Shown here: piece by piece, positions 48,861 through 62,301 of the stretch
Numbering within the stretch: the first letter of the stretch is position 1
Layout: each line of letters starts with the position of its first letter
NCBI GenBank assembly: GCA_021613535.1
Contig: CP075493.1
Coordinates: forward strand, 10,540,001-10,604,000
Direction of reading: 5' to 3'
Length of the DNA stretch: 64,000 bases
Source of the DNA: Adineta vaga
Taxonomy: Eukaryota; Animalia; Rotifera
Position numbers and translations under genes: made by a program
Notes under the pieces: model-generated
Seen by the model: the letters and a program-made list of their open reading frames with translations, nothing else
Database searches by the model: none
Told to the model about the DNA's origin: nothing

Positions 48861-51800
48861 AACACATTTTTTCTACGTCTTTAAATGAACTCTCTCTCTC
48901 TTTTTTCTTTTCAAAATCGAGGAATATACATATATATATTTATATACATAGATGTTTAGATAGAACTCGAGACTTAATTTAATCAATTGTGAAAAAAAAA
49001 CGTTTATGTTGTTGTGTAAAGTCGTTCTATTTTCTTTTCTTTTGCGTTTATATTAAAGATTCAATGAAAACAAAACATTTTTTCTTCATTATTCAATAGA
49101 AAAAAAACAAAAGACAAAAATAATTGTGACAAACTTTGCTCGAAGTAACTCACTTAATTTCATCGTTTAATGTTTTAACAAATTTTTTTTTCTTTTCTAT
49201 CTTCAATATTCTATAACAGATTTGTTTTTCTAATTCTGTTTATTCTTTAGAGAAGCCCTTCGGTCTTTCAACTGTTAAATAAAACAAAATTTTATAACAT
49301 TGTGACATGCGGTTTATTCGTTGAAAATGCAAACGAATTTGTCTGTAGTTATTAAAGAAAACATGAATAATATTTCTTTTTAATCAGTTTTAGAATCCAT
49401 ATATATAGAAAGATATTATTAGTAACAAATAAAAAAAAATTCGATAAGAAATTCCTTGAATTGAGTAGAAAATATTAATTTCAACATTAGAAAGTCATAA
49501 GTAAACAATACTACATTGTTGTAATGTTTAATGAGTATGCTGAATTCATTATTTCTATAGTTTCGGTGTTTTTTAATTATAAAAATTGAAGATATTTTGT
49601 GTAATAAAATGTCCTTGAGATATATTTGAATTTAAATAGATGAAAAGGAACTGACAAATGTAATTACAAACTTGATTTTCATACATGAAAAAAAAAGAAG
49701 AAGAAGAAAAAGAATATAGAACAACATGTTAATGGAGCATCTTGACACAATCCTTGATAATAAATATATAGAAGTCAAACTTTCGAATACAACGTTTTTA
49801 CAGTCTGAAATAATAGTAGTAGCAATAGTTGATAAGTGAATATTTTGTATAAGAGATTTTTACACATGACAAGGTCAAATATTTCACGTTTTTCGTATGT
49901 GCACTTGAACGACTGTATAATACTTCACAGTACTTTTGAATAGAAGAGTAATATGGTTTCTACTTGACTTACTGCTTGTATTGAACGAAATAAATCTCAA
50001 TATGTATCTCAAATCCGTATAATCCAGTTACATTTTTACCTGTTACGAACATGTAATATTTTCTTTATCCCTTTCATCAAAAGTTATTCGGTAAGATTTT
50101 TGAGACTGGTGAAAATCGAATTTGTTCCCATTTTATTCATTATTGTTCTTTAGTCGAATGAATGAACTCTATATATTAAAATCATGAAGAACAATAAAAG
50201 ATCATTTAGCAGCAATTCCACAAAGAAATCAGTATCATCTGAGATGAAAAATATTATTTGAGTTTGATTCTCGGTACATGCTATGCATTTATGTTCATTT
50301 CTTTTCTCTTTTTTTTTATTGCAAAAGAAGAAAGCAATCTTTTCAATAAATTGTTTCTATTTCAGATCATCAAATCGATTGTTGATATGAGAAAAATGAT
50401 CTATTTTCACAAAAGATATAGCCTCTCATCGTTTCTCAAGTTTATATTGACATAGATACTTTTTCTTGAAGATATTTTCTCTATTGAATGAATTTGATTG
50501 ACCACTTGTCAATTCTATTTAATGTCTCAACAAGATTTCTCAACTTCAAATTGATCTTACTTTCTCAATGTTTTATGTATATATGACACTTTCTTTTTAT
50601 GCCCTTCAGTATTGATGATCAACAATAATATCGATCGGGTATAATCAAAGAGCAATGTACTGCATTTATGAAAGACAAACGATCGTATAAGTATGAAAAG
50701 AAAAGAATCGACGAGAGGAGGAGCATGGATAGGAGGTCAATTAGAAAAGAATAACATCGACACATAGGAGGTCTTCCTGATTAGCCTTTTGATCATTGAT
50801 TTCTTTTAGGAACATAAAGAAAACAGGTGGTGTCAGTCGAACTAACTGTGCAGCAGGTGAAGAAGCGTGTCGTCTATCTATCTATCTATATCTTCAATCT
50901 AATGGGCAATATGAGAGTCGATTAATCGAACATGCTGTGACACACCGATCAAAGTGAAGAAGATCCTCCTCCTTTAAAAGCATCGTTAACTCAAATAAAG
51001 ATAGACGAAACGACAACTGTGTTTTTCTTCTCTCTCTCTCCCTCTTTTTTTTCTTCTTCTTTGTTTTTAAATGCATCGAGAATAAGTGAGAGTCAATAAT
51101 CGATACGTTATTGACTTTGATTGTGTCATTTCAATCGAAGTCAACCTTTCTCTTTCTTTTATGTCCAATTGACTAAATATGATACCAAATGATGAAAAAA
51201 CTGAAGAAAAAAAAAGAGAGGGAGACGTTCAGTCATTGGTTAAAATTTCCCATCGGAATGTGTTGTAGTATTGTTACAACATGGTGTCTAATCGATTAGT
51301 GTAGTGAGTTCAATGATTTGTTCGTTTTTCTTTTTTCTTCTTTTCGTGTTATTTGATTTCTCTAAAGGCGTTATGAATTTGTAATTGACACTTTTGTGTC
51401 TATTCCCTTGATGAGAGAATCGACTAGGTATACTAAACTATGTTTGTAATCACACAGATCAAACGACAAGCAATACATATTCTCAAGTGGTCTCTATCGA
51501 TTTTACTTAGCTTAAATGTAAATGACTTTTTGATGATCCACCTGTACTCCTTTGTCATATATACATGTATAAAATGATGACAAACTTTCTCCTTACTCTT
51601 ATTTGGTGATTGTATATTATATCCAATATGAAAATCAATCACTATATCGTCATCATAATGAATGAAAAGAATAGCAAATAAGACATATTCAAGGTGTACT
51701 AATCGAGACAATATAATGTCCATCTATATAACCCGTCAAAAGAAATGAATGAATGAATAAATACATTCAATGCATTCTTTTTTACATCATAGGAATGTTA

Positions 51801-51974
51801 ATATTCATTTTAAAAAGAAGATTTGTTTTATCGATATTTTATATATACAAAAAAGAAAAACGAAGAAAAGAAAATCATACAATGCAACAGCACACACACA
51901 CACACACACGAAAATTGAAAACTTTACAAAGCAAAAGAAGATAAATGAGCCTCGCCATATGACTGTAATATGTT

Positions 51975-52807
51975 CTAAAGTTTTCCTACGGATGTCGGTG
52001 AATAATAGGAAGAAAAAATAGATGTTGGATATGAAGATTTAATCGATGATAAAGATGTATGTGCTGTACAAAGATGTTCAAGTAAACCTAGATGATTGGC
52101 AAAACGTTTTCCACAAAATCCATCTGGACTATTTGACTCCATCCAATTACAAACAAATGCTGGCGGTTGTGGTGAGGGTTTTAAAGGTGCTAAGATTGAA
52201 TCCATAAAGTAAGGAGATCGTTGAGATGAAGGAGAAAATGCTGAAGTTGATGAATGTCCAAATGATGGTGTAGAAAAGTATGGTGATGTAGCAAAAGTTT
52301 TACTTAAATGATGAAGAAGAAGAGAATCGAACATAAATGGTGATGGAGGAAAATAAAATGATTGTGGATTTGTTGGAGGTAATAAGGATGAAGCTGAAGA
52401 TGATATAGATGGAACTGTTGTTGCAGTTGTTGTTGTTGTCGTTTGAAGTGGAAGAGAAGATTGTAGAGCGATCTTTTTTGCTGGTGGTGAAGGCGTAGAA
52501 GGTGCAGGTCGTTTCAATGATTTTTTAACTTCTGGTGATGAATTTGATTTTCGTTGTTTTGATGTTATGGATATAGTAGTAGTAGTAGAAGATGATGATG
52601 ATGATGATAATTCCTTTCCGATATTATTACATGCTTGCGCCATTAATACTAATGGATTTTCTTGTTTCGTTGAATATTGATCAATCTAAATAATACAATT
52701 AATGTATAAGATCAATTTATAATTGTTTGATGAAATAAATTTACTGTTGGATTGATATAGTCGCCATAGAGCTGTTGTTGTTCTTGTTTCTTCATTGACG
52801 TTGTCAT
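51975..52807 (-). CDS. NET-family zinc-finger protein (NocA/Elbow-like), copy 2
   Basis: Exon 1 52807-52745 (YGDYINPT), exon 2 52685-51975. Sp box NPLVLMAQACNNIG, C2H2 FVCNWMESNSPDGFCGKRFANHLGLLEHLCTAH (NET-type CNW...C.KRF). Confidence 0.85.
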
Positions 52808-53000
52808 TGAATCAAATGTGTAGATGTATACGAGAATAAATGTAAATGATGAGTGATTGAAGGTGGAGAAGAATACATACACAGGCGCGCGTTCGATCGA
52901 TCATAAATCACTATTTTCTCTCTCTCTCTCTTACTCTCGTTCTTCTTTTCTCTTTCTCTGTCATAGATTAGAGAGAATAAAAGAAAAGAAAGAGAAACGA

Positions 53001-53052
53001 TTTTTATAGTGATTGGTTAAAAGCGATAAACATCGATTCTTTTTTGGCCAAT
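53001..53052 (-). promoter_or_regulatory. Candidate core promoter of NET copy 2 (TATA and CCAAT boxes)
   Basis: Minus-strand CTATAAAAA at ~53001-53009, CCAAT at 53012-53016 and a second CCAAT on the + strand at ~53048; ~200 nt upstream of the ATG, next to GA repeats. Confidence 0.4.
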
Positions 53053-54399
53053 ATCGATCGACTCGTTTTTTTTCCTCCTGTTCGTCTTATTATGATTGAC
53101 AAGTGTCTGCTGATGGAATATTCCACTTTTTTCTTCAAATGATTGATTGTTTTATTTATCAGTCTTTTCGTTTTTCTTTTGCAAGTTCTTCAATCAGTCG
53201 TGATTTTTTAGTAAATTTCGTTCGATTTGATCGATTGAATATGTGTGGGCAGTCTCATCTGTCTTTAGTGAACATATAATGATATCGTTTTCGCATCTCT
53301 TTCATCTTTCTTTATGAATCGTTCGACGAAACAAAAAAATCATAAATCTCGAATTAAGTGCCTTTCGTTGTCAGACATCGATCATTCAAATGTATATACA
53401 TATATACATGCATGTGTACAAGAGAGTTCTCGCACTTGTTCTTACATGACATAAACATTGCCGACATGTATAAACTTCTCTGATACATTGACTATTAGAA
53501 GTCGGCATGGAGAAGAAGAAAAAGAAGAAAAATACTTTGGGACGTGCAAGAAAGAACATAATTTGAACACATCAAAGAAATAAAGTTTGTGCTGTCCAAG
53601 ATTAATGATACACATAGAGTGTGTGAATTGACATAAATATATGCACGTAGGGAGTCGATCCTATCGAAGAAAAAAAAATACTTTATCAGAATAGACTATA
53701 AAGATGAACAAAAACATATCAAACACACTATGACACTAAGTGATATTGAACGGGATCATCAACGATAAAACATCAAAAGAAAAATGAGTTAGATTTATGT
53801 TGTTTTTATATCAATTAATTGCATCATATATCAAAAATTGTTCAAAGAGATTATTATGTACATTTAACCTATTCGTTTTGTTTAAATTTATCCTCATTTC
53901 GAGTTATCGAATTGAAAGCAATTCATATAGTTATTACGAATATCTCATAAGATTTTGATCTGTTCGTTATGTCACGTGGTATTATCAGAGTGATATGATA
54001 TTATACGTACTGAACCGAATTCAGAACTGAAGAACTTTGGAAGTTTTAACAGTAACGATAAAACATTAGAAAAATAATTGAAAATATATTGTAAAAAAGT
54101 GATTGAGCAAAAATACCACAAGTATTTGAGATTGAACCGTGTCAATATGAATTCAATGTACACTAACGACATCTATTTTGATTTTAAACATTTCATTCAA
54201 ATCAACAAAATTACAAATAAAACATACTTTTTTCTGAATAGAAATTTTAAAAATCTTCTTTTTAAAATCTATTTTTAATTATATTCTATTGGTTTGAATA
54301 AACAAACAAATGAAATATTTAATCTTTCTGACTCATGAAATCTCTTTATTTGAATAAAAATTCTGCTTCTTTCTGTCATCAATCTAGTCATAATCATAA

Positions 54400-55947
54400 A
54401 TGTGTATAAATTCTTTAATGATTGATACCGATATAATAAAATGTCTCGTAGAAGATTTACTTGATCGTATATGTTTAATCGACAGTTCACCATTAATAGT
54501 CAATTCTTCAACTTATTATTCATCGAAATTACTTGAGAATAAATTTCAACAATCAATCAATATTCTTAATAAATCAATAAAACAATTATTAACATATGAA
54601 TTGAATACTGTTGTCAATAATGGTCAGTTGACGACAGCATCCAATATTCGACATAGTCGTTATTATAATCCAGCGACCACTATAAAACAGAATAATGATT
54701 TAAAAAAAAGACTACATTGGATTGAACAAAGACAAATGCTATTGAAACAATTAGATACTAATCAAGATAAAACAATTCCACAACCATAGTATGAAATAAA
54801 CTATGAATATTAATTTTTTCGATAAATTTAAATTTTTCTTCTCAATTTTAGTTCGGATTTAAATTTCTTGGAAAACATTTGGTTTAATCATCGTTTAAAG
54901 ATATTAGATAATTCATTAGAACTATTATCTAAACAATCCGATGAAAAAAAACTTCATAATGATGATACTATTGATGATTCATCTTGTGCTCGTTGTAGAG
55001 TTTATCAAAGAAGAAAAGAAGATGATAGTCATTTATTAAAAAAATTAAAACGTATTCAACGTATTCATATTGAACATAATTATTCAACTACTTATATACA
55101 ATATTCATCACCAGGTTTTTCTTTTTTTTTCTCTATCTTTAATAAACTATTTGCAACTATGTATTTGTTCTTTCGCTTAGAATCTGATCTTATTTTATCA
55201 TTATCTAAAATCGCTGATCGTATCGGTCACAATTCCAATTTAAATGTCTCGAATCACATAAAAAAACCTCCTACATCCACGCTGAAGAAGAAACAACCGC
55301 CAAAATTTCAATCATCGATATCTCTTATTGTTACTGATTCAAATAAGAATAACAAAAGAACATTAGAAGAATCTCGAAATATATCGAACAGTAATTTCAT
55401 TTCGACTAATTATGATGTTACTAATAAACGACAGAAACGAATTGGTAGGTTTACAAATTCGAAATGTTTCTTTTTCTATTTATTATCTTTCGATTAATAT
55501 AAATTCATACTTTTTCTTCAAAATTTTATTTTAGCTTCTCCACAATCAACATTATCTGTATCTTCAACAAATGCTTCCGGACCAATAAGTAGTTCATCTC
55601 CTCATGAAATTCTGACGCCTAGTTGGCGACTTTTAACAAATACTGATTTCGATAATTCTCTTACTTCCGACAAATCTAGTGATCAACAAGAAAATGAAGA
55701 TATCTCTGATGAGAGTTATATTCGTCGTCATATACGTTGTGAATTAGAACAAGAAACATGGATTACAAATTCAACAACATCAAATAATATTTCATTAACA
55801 TCAAATCGAAAAAATGGTACACTTCAATCATCATTGTCAGTACCGAATAGTTCAGCAACAACGAATTCAAAACAGTATCGATATCGTTTAACACCAAATG
55901 GAATTGCCTATACAGAAACAATGGATATGAAACAAAATCTTGTCTAA
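54400..55947 (+). CDS. KANSL1/NSL1-like PEHE-domain protein (compact)
   Basis: Four exons; SSCARCR (WDR5-binding-like CAR motif); last exon has ILTPSWR...EDISDESYIRRHIRCELEQETW (PEHE); stop TAA 55945-55947. Confidence 0.75.
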
Positions 55948-56891
55948 ATAGATTCATCAATGGACATTAAATTTTCTTCTCCTGGATCTTCTTCGTCTAC
56001 TACTTGTATTTCTTTCTTCTTTTTTCTGTGTGATTTTCTAACAAATGATTGTTGTTGTTGTTCATGTTCTTTTCTATTTGATTGTTCATCGAACATATAA
56101 GCTTGTGCTGTTGTATAACCAACAGGTTTATTCACGGGATATGTTAATTTAATTCTAAGAATTTCTTCAATCATAAATGGTTTAAGCCAACAGACAAGTG
56201 GAGAATAACCGGGTTCATAGTCACCTAATGGATGATAAAATAAATAACCATCTTCAGCTGCAATTAAATCTTCTTTATCTTCTAATTTCATACGAGGAAG
56301 AATCTGAAAATGACTTTTCAATCTTGTATCATCACTTAATGATGTTAACATAAAAAATCGACATTGACATTCGAATTGTACTGAATAATCTTGTCCATTC
56401 CACATAATTAAATCCAAAATGTGATAGATTGATGAACGTTTATCATATATACAATAGAGTATCGTTTGTTTAGGTAAAGATGTATACATTGTCCACATAA
56501 GATTATTATATTTTCCATAGACATATGTTCGATTCGACTGAACAACAACGAGACACCGTTGTCCTCGTGGACATGGAATTGCAAACCAAGATGAAAAATC
56601 ATCGGGAATAGAAAATAACCATTCAGCAAGCATCATTTCGATAGGACAAATTGTGGAGACATTTTTACGATGTTGACGAGGAGGCCATTGTGGCTTATTA
56701 TCATCGATTAATTCATCATCTTTCGTTGTAAAACGTAATTGTGAAATAATTTGTTCTCGTTTTTCTTTTTGTTGTTTTAAAACTTCATTTCGTCGTTCCT
56801 TTTGATTTGAAAGAGAAGATATGGAATTTGACTTCACTTTGTACAATGAAAGAGATGATAAATTAAGAATTGGTGTTAGAGCTTCAGCCAT
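55944..56891 (-). CDS. SNUPN: Snurportin-1 (m3G-cap snRNP import adaptor), single exon
   Basis: IBB-like LYK...QKERRNEVLKQQKEKR, MMLAEWL..IPDDF..W..PCPRGQRCLVV, ILDLIMWNG, DGYLFYH...YEPGYSPLVCWLKPFM. Confidence 0.93.
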   Translation of the reverse strand: MAEALTPILNLSSLSLYKVKSNSISSLSNQKERRNEVLKQQKEKREQIISQLRFTTKDDELIDDNKPQWPPRQHRKNVSTICPIEMMLAEWLFSIPDDFSSWFAIPCPRGQRCLVVVQSNRTYVYGKYNNLMWTMYTSLPKQTILYCIYDKRSSIYHILDLIMWNGQDYSVQFECQCRFFMLTSLSDDTRLKSHFQILPRMKLEDKEDLIAAEDGYLFYHPLGDYEPGYSPLVCWLKPFMIEEILRIKLTYPVNKPVGYTTAQAYMFDEQSNRKEHEQQQQSFVRKSHRKKKKEIQVVDEEDPGEENLMSIDESI

Positions 56892-57094
56892 TCGACAACG
56901 AACAATCTAAAAAGTAGTCATTTCGATTTCGACATTCATTTTCTTTTGTACACGTCATTCTTTTGTAATACTGAAGCAATTTTTTCGCCTCTATTTTTTA
57001 TCTGATAGAGAAAGGAAAAAAAATGGTCACACACGCGCACGCACACAATTTACACAAGACAAATACATGTAAAAAAAAGAGAGGACGTTTTCTA

Positions 57095-58502
57095 TTAAGT
57101 TTGTTGTTGTTTTTCAACCAGACGTTTTAATTGCCGATAGTAATCATACAATGGTTTCATAATACGTTTTTGTTCACTTGTTGTTGGTTTGGAATATTTA
57201 TTTTCAAATCTTAGTAATTCTTGTTGCATGTCACATTTTTCATCGTAAACTTGTTTCGGTGTCATTTGAGAAAGATCATTTGGACGACCATGTCGTAAAC
57301 GATGCTTACTCATTCGTTCTTGAATATCACGTGCTTCGAACTCCAGTGGACTGATTTGTTGTTGAGGAGAATTCCAAATATCTGACGAAGGACTTGGTGC
57401 TGTTACAGGTCGTTTAGGATTGAGAGAGTGGACTGATGGTGATTGTTCATTCGATGATAAAGGTGTATTCGGAGTATTGGATGTAACAAGAGGTGTTTTG
57501 GTCGTAGTCGTTGTAGAGACACCTGGTCGACGAGCACTATTTGTACGACGCTCAGTTGTAGACAATGAAGATATGGACTAAAAGAATAGGTTAAAATTAG
57601 ACATAATTGTCATACATATTTGTTCTTATTCATAGGTTTTGATATTTTTGGATGAGTTCTTATCTATGATGAAAGGATAAAATAAGACGAGACAAATAAC
57701 AATGACTATCTTTTTTTCTTCTTCACTGTACATCTAAGTGAGGCGTGATTATTTAGCGTAAAATTATTTTTTCAATTCAAATTTAATTGAATTCGAAATA
57801 ACAACGTATGTATTGAAAGTAATTTATAATGAATAATAAAAAAAATAACCACGTGATCAGGTTTTTCAACCGTTTAGTGACGAAGGTTTTTTTTTCATTG
57901 TATGTTTATTTGTTTTTTATCAATGATATGATCTAATGTCCTTGGTCACACTTGACAATAATGATTGGTCTCTTATTTCTTTGATTAACCTCCGAATATT
58001 TTTCAGTACAAAGGTTTCGAGAAAAGAAAAGAATAATGTCGAAAGAAAAAAAACAAATAAATCTTACATCTTTTGGACTATAAACAGGCTTTTTTGTTTT
58101 AATTGTAATTCCGGGAGTATTTGTTGACATAATCGTTGAAACAGGTTGTTGTTCAAGTAATATATTCGAATTTAATGATGAGAGATCAAGAGGTGGTACA
58201 TTATTCGTCCGTGAATTATGTGTACTAGAATGTTTAGCTGAAGATAATGATGATGTTGTTGTCGTATGATAATGATGAGATTGTTTAGGTGTCATTATCA
58301 TTGACGATCCTGTTGGATTCAAATAGGATGATTGAAGTGTAAAAGCTTTGGGAAATGATTGTGAAAAACGATGATAATGATCTGCTGGTGTAATGCCGCG
58401 GAATAAAAATCCATCAATTGCTAAATCAATACACTCACGTAGAAAATTATTTGTCGAAATTGAACTCATCAATGATGAATTTGTCTCGTTAATCATCGAC
58501 AT
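57095..58502 (-). CDS. FAM13-like protein (C-terminal FAM13 coiled-coil motif)
   Basis: RHGRPNDLSQMTPKQVYDEKCDMQQELLRFENKYSKPTTSEQKRIMKPLYDYYRQLK resembles the FAM13A/B/C C-terminus. Exons ~58502-58068 and ~57577-57095; the 5' end is uncertain. Confidence 0.65.
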
Positions 58503-58750
58503 TGTTTTTCTCTAGAGAAAAAAATGTTAACTACGAGAGAGAAGTGAATAATATTTGATGAACAGGAACAGAACGAGAAAACAACGGATTGATCATTAGC
58601 AACCAATCCTGTTTGATATTAGAGGACACGAAACATACTTTGAATAGTTTAGAATATCGACCAATCATTGACGAGCAGTCAACCGTTGGAATAGAATATA
58701 GAAATATGAAAATTTCTTTTTGACGTATTCATTCATTGTTGAATTGAAAA

Positions 58751-59785
58751 ATGGCTGCTGCAACGAATACGAATACTCTACTTGAACATTTAGAAGAAGG
58801 AAAATCATATGATTTAGAATTTGGTGAAACATGGAATTCAACGAATGATGTACATTCATCAAAATATGCATATCATACAATAAAATGTAAATGAAAAATA
58901 GTAGAATTCTAATGATTTATTTAAGAGAATCTTTTTCGTTTTAGATGATTTTAAACCAGCATCGGTTGTCAAATCTGAACAAGCAGAATTAACTGTAGGT
59001 TCAATGGACGATGTTTCAATTACCTTACCAAATGTCGAAGTAAGATTCAGATAAGATATTCTATGAGTTAAAGGAAATCTTCTTATTCGTCCATGTTTAG
59101 GGCTCATCCACTCAATCAACAAAGTTTTCTGGTAGTACTAAATCTTATACTCCAAAAGAATGTCTAATGATCATCGATCCTCAAACTGGTAAGATCGTTA
59201 TAGAACGTCTATCAGCTAACGTTCGTGTGAAAAATGTTCGGTAAAGATCTCTTTCTATTCATTTCTTTTATTTCTAAATTATTCTCTCATTGATAAGAAC
59301 GGAAAACCGTCCTGCTAATCCACCTATTAAAGCGACTGTTCCACGTACAAGTCAACCTGATTCACAACCTGATAAGAAGACAACGAAAACAGCGACAACA
59401 ACTAAAGTAACAGCACAAAAAGTAACGAATTCAAGTAAACCAACAGTAAATGCACCAGTAAAACCAATGCCAAATAGAAACACGTTATCTCCGATGGACG
59501 ATCGCCTAAGTGATGAAGAATGTAAGTTCATTCAATTGATTGATTTCTTTTCCTAACTTCACAAATCTTTATTATCTTTTCAAAAATTCAAGCCTCACCA
59601 GATCATTCTGCCAATACTACGACAGTACCATCTAATCCTGCACCTGTACAAACACATACCTTGGCAAGACGTACATCCCATGCAACACTCGGTTTGAGAG
59701 ATAATCTTTTATTGATTCTTTTTTTATTTTCTGTCTTCTAGAACAAGATCTTCAACTGAGTGATACTACTGATGAAGAAGATTAA
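58751..59785 (+). CDS. EAF1: ELL-associated factor (EAF1/2)
   Basis: YDLEFGETW, AYHTIKYDFKPASV, VSITLPNVEGS, KECLMIIDPQTGKIVIERLSANVRVK, C-terminal DLQLSDTTDEED-stop. Confidence 0.92.
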
Positions 59786-59861
59786 AATTTCGTTTTTTTT
59801 TCTTTATATTTATTTAATTATTTGTTCAACCATTTTTCTTCTATTATTGTTTATTTCAGAT

Positions 59862-62301
59862 ATGACATCAACAATAAAAGTTGATCGAGCAATTCTATTC
59901 TCACGTAAGTTTGTTCTTTCCTTTGTTTTTTTTATTTTTCATAGAAAACATTTTTCTTTAGAATGTGAATTTTTTATTGATTATCGTTCCAGTCAAACTG
60001 GATGTGATCGTTCTCTTCGCTTAGGAAATGAATTAGAAAAAAAGTATGGCGCAAAAATTATCGAACAACCTCAGAGTTCAACAACAACACATATTATTTT
60101 TAAAAATGGAACTCTTGAAACGAAATTATTTGCAAAAAAACATAATTTACCATTACTTGATCCAATGTGGTTAGAACAATGTATTAGAAAAAGACGATTA
60201 GTTAAAACAGACAAATATCAAGTAGAGAATGATGAAAATCAACAACCGACAGGTAATTCTTTCGTTTATTATCAATGATTCATGCTGCTTTTACGTATTG
60301 TTCATAATTCACATCTATTTCATTTTGTATTTTAGATGAATTCGCATTCGATCGATTAGCAATTGTAAATGAAGATTTACCTGTTCCATCAACTCCTAAA
60401 AACAAGGTAGACTTCGCATCTAAATTCAATTTTGTTGATATAATTTTCTTTTCTAGACGGATCAATTTGGAAATGTAAATGTTGATTCAGGAAAAAAACC
60501 AAAGAAAATTCTTTATACACCTGTACGTGGAGAATTCGATCAAGGAAATCCTCATGAATATTTTGATCATCAAAAGCGTATTATAACATTAGATAATTTA
60601 GGCATGAATTTACCAGGTATACAACAGAGAATTTAATTTTTCTACAAATAATAGCTAAAAGACAACTTCTTTTTTAGATGATAATCATGTCTTAATTCAT
60701 CGATATGGATGTAGTGTTGCTCGTCGACAAATTCAAGAAAAACCAACGCCACAAAAAGAAATGAAAGGTAAGTTTTACTCGAAGAATTTCATTCAAAAAT
60801 CTCTCAATTCTAGATGAACCAATCAATTCTATTAAATATGAAGAATTACCCTCAACAATGAGTATTCCAACTCAATCTCAAACATCACCAATTATTCATT
60901 TTGCTAATGTAAGTAGATAAGATTTCCTTGTACTAATTGTTTCTGTGTATTTTCTTAGACGATTCGTCAACCTCGCAAATCTCCAGTTCAGATTGATGTT
61001 TCTCTTTCGACAACATTTGACTTTGATAGTCAAAAACAATATACTGCACTTGGTCATCGTCCTCAATCAACTCCTGTTTCTTCGCCGATCGTACGTCGAC
61101 CTTTACCATTAAATGTTGTTGATAATGATCCACCTATTGAAATTCCAATTGAGAAAAATCCAAAAGAAAAAGAATATATAACACCGTTAAAAACAAACGA
61201 TTATTCATCATTTACAAGAATCTCACCTTTAAATCCAACAAAATCTAAGATTCAATTTGAAATCTGTCATGATGAAGAAGTTGAAAGAGATAGTAGTATT
61301 CCGCACATTCAAGAGATAATCAATGATCTTCAACCATCAAAAACGAACGAGCGTATTATACCTCGACCACCACCCCAACCTGCACTTTCGCAAGCAATTC
61401 GTAGGAAACATCCTGAACAATTAATCGGTACTAACTTTGATAATCAATTACCATCAATGAAAGATTTACCAAATGCACCTGCTAATTATTCATTTGTTTT
61501 CTATGAATTTCAACCAACGTATGTCAAGCAAAGAATTAATGCTCATTGTTTTTGTTTTCATTATTAACGATACTTTTATTTTAGTTTACTAGAAGAAGCA
61601 AAACGTTTAACACGCCGTATGGGTGATTGCTTTTCTTTTGAAACTATTGATATGGCAACAACACATGTCATCTTGCCGGATGATGATCCACAAATGACAT
61701 TAACAATTGATCTATTGCTTTCATTGATCTATGGATGGTACGATATTTTCTCGTTAAGATTAAACTTTATATCATTTTTCTTGTTATAGTCGTTTAGTAA
61801 CATTCGAATGGTTAAAATCTTCATGTCGTATTGGTGAATGGTTAAGTGTCAATAAATTTGAACCAAAACAATTCTATCAAGCACATCCATCATTAAATAT
61901 TTATCGTAAATGTCGACAACAACAAAAACCAATTCAACTTTTTAATGAATGTGGTTTGATCTATCTAACATCTATTGCTAAACAACGACCATTACTACTA
62001 AAATTAATTACACTCTTAGGTGGAAATGTAAGTATAAAAATGTAAGTTTGTTTTTTAAACAAATTTTTCTTGTTTCTATAGATTACTGTTAATCGTAATA
62101 TGGCTAAAATTGTTGTCGGATGTTCATCCAAACGATTACCAATTATAATATATCCTCAAGTTACGGAACAATGGGTTATTGGTAAGTTAAAAATACCAAA
62201 TTAATTGAGTTTTATTGTTTTTGATTCTTGTTTCAGAGTCAGTTAAATTAGGCGGTTGTCTTCCACCCGATGATTATCTTGTGGAAAATAGTAGTGAATA
62301 G
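59862..62301 (+). CDS. MCPH1: Microcephalin-like protein (N-terminal BRCT plus tandem C-terminal BRCTs)
   Basis: BRCT1 YGAKI....TTHIIFKNG....AKKHNLPLLDPMWLEQC; C-terminal TTHVI...LIYGCRLVTFEWLKSSCRIGEWL...FEP and LITLLGG...VTEQWVIESV...LPPDDY. Confidence 0.82.
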
